36,722 bases of DNA from Phoronis australis (Eukaryota; Animalia; Phoronida), in assembly GCA_002633005.1 (NCBI GenBank), contig NMRA01001239.1, positions 1-36,722 on the forward strand. Reading direction: 5' to 3'. Position numbers and translations under genes: made by a program. Below, one piece after another: positions 33,223 to 36,722 of the stretch (its first letter is position 1; each line of letters opens with the position of its first letter). A model generated the notes under the pieces. The model worked only from the letters and a program-made list of their open reading frames with translations. It was not told the origin of the DNA and did not search any database.

Positions 33223-36200
33223 ATGCCCACCGTCCAGTGTCCCTACCCCGGGTGCAGCTATGAGACTGGCGACAACGAAGTAACGCTAGCCGTTGAACTC
33301 TTAAAGATTCACGGACTCACACACACCGCCCAGCCCAGCGCCAGCGTCAAGCTCGACAGAGTCAACCGGCCGTCCATCACCACCGACGTGAGTTCGGCGG
33401 ACTGGCAGTATTTCATGACGAGATGGAATGAGTATGTAGAGGCCACTGGCATTACAGGGAAAACCAAAACCATCCAGCTCCTAGAATGCTGCGACGAGAG
33501 ACTGAGAAAGGACCTCACACGTAACTCCGTCGACCCCCTGACATCACTGGACATTAAGGCGATCCTGGCTTCCATGGAGAAATTGGCTGTGCGCGCAGAG
33601 GCCCCGATGGTAGCCCGAGCTCAGTTGTATACACTGACCCAAGACCACAACGAGCCAGTCCGTGCTTTTTGCGCCCGCGTACGAGGCCAGGCCGCTGTGT
33701 GCCAATACTCCTTGCCCTGCCCATCATGCAACCACCCTGTTGACTACACCGACTCGGTGATAACCGATGTGGTTAGCCAAGGCCTCGCAGACAAGGACAT
33801 CCAGCTCGACTTATTGGGTGACTCCAACCAGTCACCATCCCTAGAAGAGGTCCTCTTATTTGTCGAGAAGAAGGAAACAGGCAAACGATCTGCCACACGC
33901 CTCGCCGAACCCACACACGTCCACGCGGTTAAGAGCACGTACCGCAAAAACCGGGACGCACGCCCGAAACCCCACGACAACATTTTACCGGATCCGCGTC
34001 CTGACGACACATGCACATACTGCGGCCAGACTGGCCACGGCAGAAAAGCACCGACGAAGACACGCCGTACTTCTTGCCCAGCCTTCGGCCACACTTGCGA
34101 GAGATGCAGCACCAAGAACCACTTTCCAGCCGTGTGTCGCGGCGGCCGCCGCACCGACCGTCAGGACGCCCACACTCAACACGGCCATGCATCCTTCGAC
34201 AGCCTGTGCCACATCGACGACGCCACTGGTATCACCCTCGACCACCACGTCTTCGACCACTCCTCCGACGCATGGGTCAAGGGCAAATCGATGTCGCAGC
34301 CCACGGTCACCTTATCCGTAAGCGTCGCCCATGACGATTACCCCTCACTCGGCGTCCACCCCACCACGTCAGCCACCATTGGTGACGCCACTTTCACCTG
34401 CATAGCAGACACCGGGTGCCAAAGTTGCCTGGCAGGCACGTTCCTACTCACTCGGCTGCGCATGTCGCTCGCGGACCTGCTTCCCGTCACCCTGACCATG
34501 AGAACGGCGAACAACGGCGACATCACCATCCTCGGGGCGGTTATCGCCCGTCTATCGAGCCTTCAGCCCCCCAAACGCAGCACTAAACAGATCATCTACA
34601 TCTCTGACTCTACAGATAAATTCTTCCTGAGTAGGCAGGCCTGCCTAGGGTTAGGTATAATTAGCGCTGAATTCCCAACCATCGGCGAGTGCCTCTCGAC
34701 TAAAAACGACGGCGAAGACACGCCTTGCAAGTGCCCACCTCGGGTCAAACCCCCTCCCCGTCCTACGACACTTCCGTTTCCCGCTACCGTCGACAACCGG
34801 GAACGCCTACAACAGTGGCTTTTGGACCATTATGCGTCCTCCACCTTCAACACATGCGAACATACCGCACTCCCGATGATGGACAGCCCCCCGCTCCGCC
34901 TCATGATCAATCTGGACAACGATCCGACACCTCACCACACACCCATCCCCGTCCCCATTCATTGGCAGGACGAAGTCAAAGCCGGCTTGGATCGGGATGT
35001 CAGCCTGGGTGTTATAGAACCTGTGCCCATCGGAACTCCAGTGACCTACTGTCACCGTATGGTCATATGCGCGAAGAAGTCTGGGAAACCTCGTCGCACC
35101 GTCGACATGCAAAGCCTAAACGCGCACGCGACAAGGGAAACCCACCACACGCCATCGCCTTTCCACCTGGCGAGATCTGTCCCCTGTAACACTAAGAAAT
35201 CCGTGTGTGACGCGTGGAACGGGTATCACAGCATTCCACTGCACGAGGACGACCGACACCTCACCACGTTCATCACGCCATGGGGACGCTACCGATATCG
35301 TGTCTGCCCCCAGGGTTATGTTGCCTCCGGTGACGCGTACACACGTCGCTTCGACGACATTATAGCCAACATCTCTAACAAAGTGAAATGCGTCGATGAC
35401 ACGCTTTTATGGTCGGACACCATTGAAAACTGTTTCCACCAGATGACACTGTTCCTAGACACTTGTGGCAACAACGGAATCACTCTGAATCCAGACAAGT
35501 TCGTTTTCGCCAGCGACTGCGTGGAATTTGCGGGGTTCGACATCACCGCCACCACAGTACGACCGAGTCAGAAATATTTACGGGCAATCCGCGAGTTCCC
35601 AACCCCTCAGTCGACTACCGATGTCCGCTCATGGTTCGGCTTAGTGAACCAAGTCTCCTACGCATTTTCCATGGCGACTGTCATGGCGCCATTCCGGGAA
35701 CTCCTGAAGCCGAGACAAAGCTTCTACTGGGACGACACCCTAGATGCACTTTTCCGGGCGTCCAAGTCCAAAATCATCGGCGAGATTTGCCATGGCGTTC
35801 AGATATTCGATAAGACGAAGCCAACATGCATCGTCACCGACTGGTCGAAAGAGGGCCTCGGGTTTTGGCTCCTGCAGAAACACTGCAATTGCGCAACAGC
35901 AACCCCAAAGAAACTATTCTGCTGTCCTGACGGATGGAAGGTGGCCCTTGTAGGTAGCCGATTTACCCACCCCGCTGAATCGCGTTACGCCCCGGTTGAA
36001 GGCGAGGCCCTCGCTGTTGCGGATGCCCTCGACCGAGCACGATACTTCGTACTTGGATGTGCCAACCTCATTGTCGCTGTCGACCACAAACCACTCCTGG
36101 GCATATTTGGCCCGAAACCCCTAGACGAAATCAGCAACCCCCGCCTCCGCAACCTCAAGGAAAAGACGCTACGTTACAAATTCCAACTCGTCCACATACC

Positions 36201-36722
36201 TGGAGCTAAGAACAAGGCCTCTGACTGCATGTCGCGCTTCCCAACCGGACCACGTTCCCCGGACAAATACCATCTCGAAGACGACATTGGTGCCGTCGTC
36301 CCCGGGTCCACTGCCGTCTGCGCACCTCTACAGATTCTGCGGCAACGATCCCCACTCCCAATCTCAAGCCTCGACGACCACTTGGAGCGAGTCGCCTCCG
36401 CCTCCTTGGAAGACTTACCCTCTATCACCTGGGACAAAGTCCGCGTGGCCACAACTAGCGACCCGGACTTGTCACGTCTAGTAGCCATGCTCGAGAATGG
36501 CGCCCTGCCGGACTTATACCCCGACTGGCCCGAGGGGATGCGCGAGTACCACCCATTCCGGCACCATCTCTACTCCATCAATGGCGTCCTGATGTACAAA
36601 GACAGAGTAATTATCCCACGGCCACTACGGGAAAACTGTCTACAAGCCCTCCACTCCGCCCACCAGGGAGTCTCGAAGATGACGGCCCGTGCCGAGACCT
36701 CAATATTTTGGCCCGGTATCAC
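33223..36722 (+). CDS. gag-pol: Gag-Pol polyprotein (single ORF, 3'-partial, >1160 aa)
   Basis: ATG at 33223 with no stop seen to the window end (hence absent from the ORF track). Zn knuckles CTYCGQTGH..CPAFGHTCERCSTKNHFPAVC; protease ADTG (Asp 34408); RT DAWNGYH, TPWGRY..PQG and CVDD (35389-35400); RNase H TDWS, YAPVEGEALAV, VDHKPL; start of the integrase Zn domain LHSAHQG..FWPGI. Confidence 0.95.
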   Translation, partial: MPTVQCPYPGCSYETGDNEVTLAVELLKIHGLTHTAQPSASVKLDRVNRPSITTDVSSADWQYFMTRWNEYVEATGITGKTKTIQLLECCDERLRKDLTRNSVDPLTSLDIKAILASMEKLAVRAEAPMVARAQLYTLTQDHNEPVRAFCARVRGQAAVCQYSLPCPSCNHPVDYTDSVITDVVSQGLADKDIQLDLLGDSNQSPSLEEVLLFVEKKETGKRSATRLAEPTHVHAVKSTYRKNRDARPKPHDNILPDPRPDDTCTYCGQTGHGRKAPTKTRRTSCPAFGHTCERCSTKNHFPAVCRGGRRTDRQDAHTQHGHASFDSLCHIDDATGITLDHHVFDHSSDAWVKGKSMSQPTVTLSVSVAHDDYPSLGVHPTTSATIGDATFTCIADTGCQSCLAGTFLLTRLRMSLADLLPVTLTMRTANNGDITILGAVIARLSSLQPPKRSTKQIIYISDSTDKFFLSRQACLGLGIISAEFPTIGECLSTKNDGEDTPCKCPPRVKPPPRPTTLPFPATVDNRERLQQWLLDHYASSTFNTCEHTALPMMDSPPLRLMINLDNDPTPHHTPIPVPIHWQDEVKAGLDRDVSLGVIEPVPIGTPVTYCHRMVICAKKSGKPRRTVDMQSLNAHATRETHHTPSPFHLARSVPCNTKKSVCDAWNGYHSIPLHEDDRHLTTFITPWGRYRYRVCPQGYVASGDAYTRRFDDIIANISNKVKCVDDTLLWSDTIENCFHQMTLFLDTCGNNGITLNPDKFVFASDCVEFAGFDITATTVRPSQKYLRAIREFPTPQSTTDVRSWFGLVNQVSYAFSMATVMAPFRELLKPRQSFYWDDTLDALFRASKSKIIGEICHGVQIFDKTKPTCIVTDWSKEGLGFWLLQKHCNCATATPKKLFCCPDGWKVALVGSRFTHPAESRYAPVEGEALAVADALDRARYFVLGCANLIVAVDHKPLLGIFGPKPLDEISNPRLRNLKEKTLRYKFQLVHIPGAKNKASDCMSRFPTGPRSPDKYHLEDDIGAVVPGSTAVCAPLQILRQRSPLPISSLDDHLERVASASLEDLPSITWDKVRVATTSDPDLSRLVAMLENGALPDLYPDWPEGMREYHPFRHHLYSINGVLMYKDRVIIPRPLRENCLQALHSAHQGVSKMTARAETSIFWPGI

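Larger units (their letters stand above)
32930..36722 (+). mobile_element. Ty3/Gypsy LTR retrotransposon, 5' portion; continues beyond the window
   Basis: LTR-like segment followed by an uninterrupted GC-rich ORF with domain order Gag-PR-RT-RNaseH-IN. Confidence 0.95.

Noticed and set aside
33267-33280. TGGCGACAACG resembling a Mag-type tRNA PBS
   Set aside because: It lies 44 nt inside the Gag ORF and within the zinc-finger-like coding region, with no adjacent LTR end.
33309-36488. Listed short ORFs overlapping the retrotransposon on both strands
   Set aside because: These are shadow ORFs of the GC-rich gag-pol frame.

Overview
AT-rich, repeat-dense animal genomic DNA, probably from a marine invertebrate (inferred from the repeat types and spliceosomal introns). 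It has three main components. (1) A + strand multi-exon gene, with six exons traced between 8155 and 18367 and the 5' end not found. It encodes an ankyrin repeat, a poly-Q/coiled linker and a FAM111-like trypsin-fold serine protease with an intact His-Asp-Ser triad. (2) A degenerate Academ-like DNA transposase (1-~1215) plus many non-autonomous repeats: MITEs, foldbacks, DINE-1/Helentron-like elements, minisatellites and a three-copy long repeat. (3) The 5' part of an apparently intact Ty3/Gypsy LTR retrotransposon, with an LTR at ~32930-33195 and a single gag-pol ORF from 33223 running off the window. The most striking signal is in this element. It has no tRNA-type PBS; instead, the 18 nt at the LTR/PBS boundary (33195-33212) are the perfect reverse complement of the exon-exon junction created by splicing a GT-AG intron (33016-33129) out of its own LTR. 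This suggests splicing-dependent self-primed reverse transcription.
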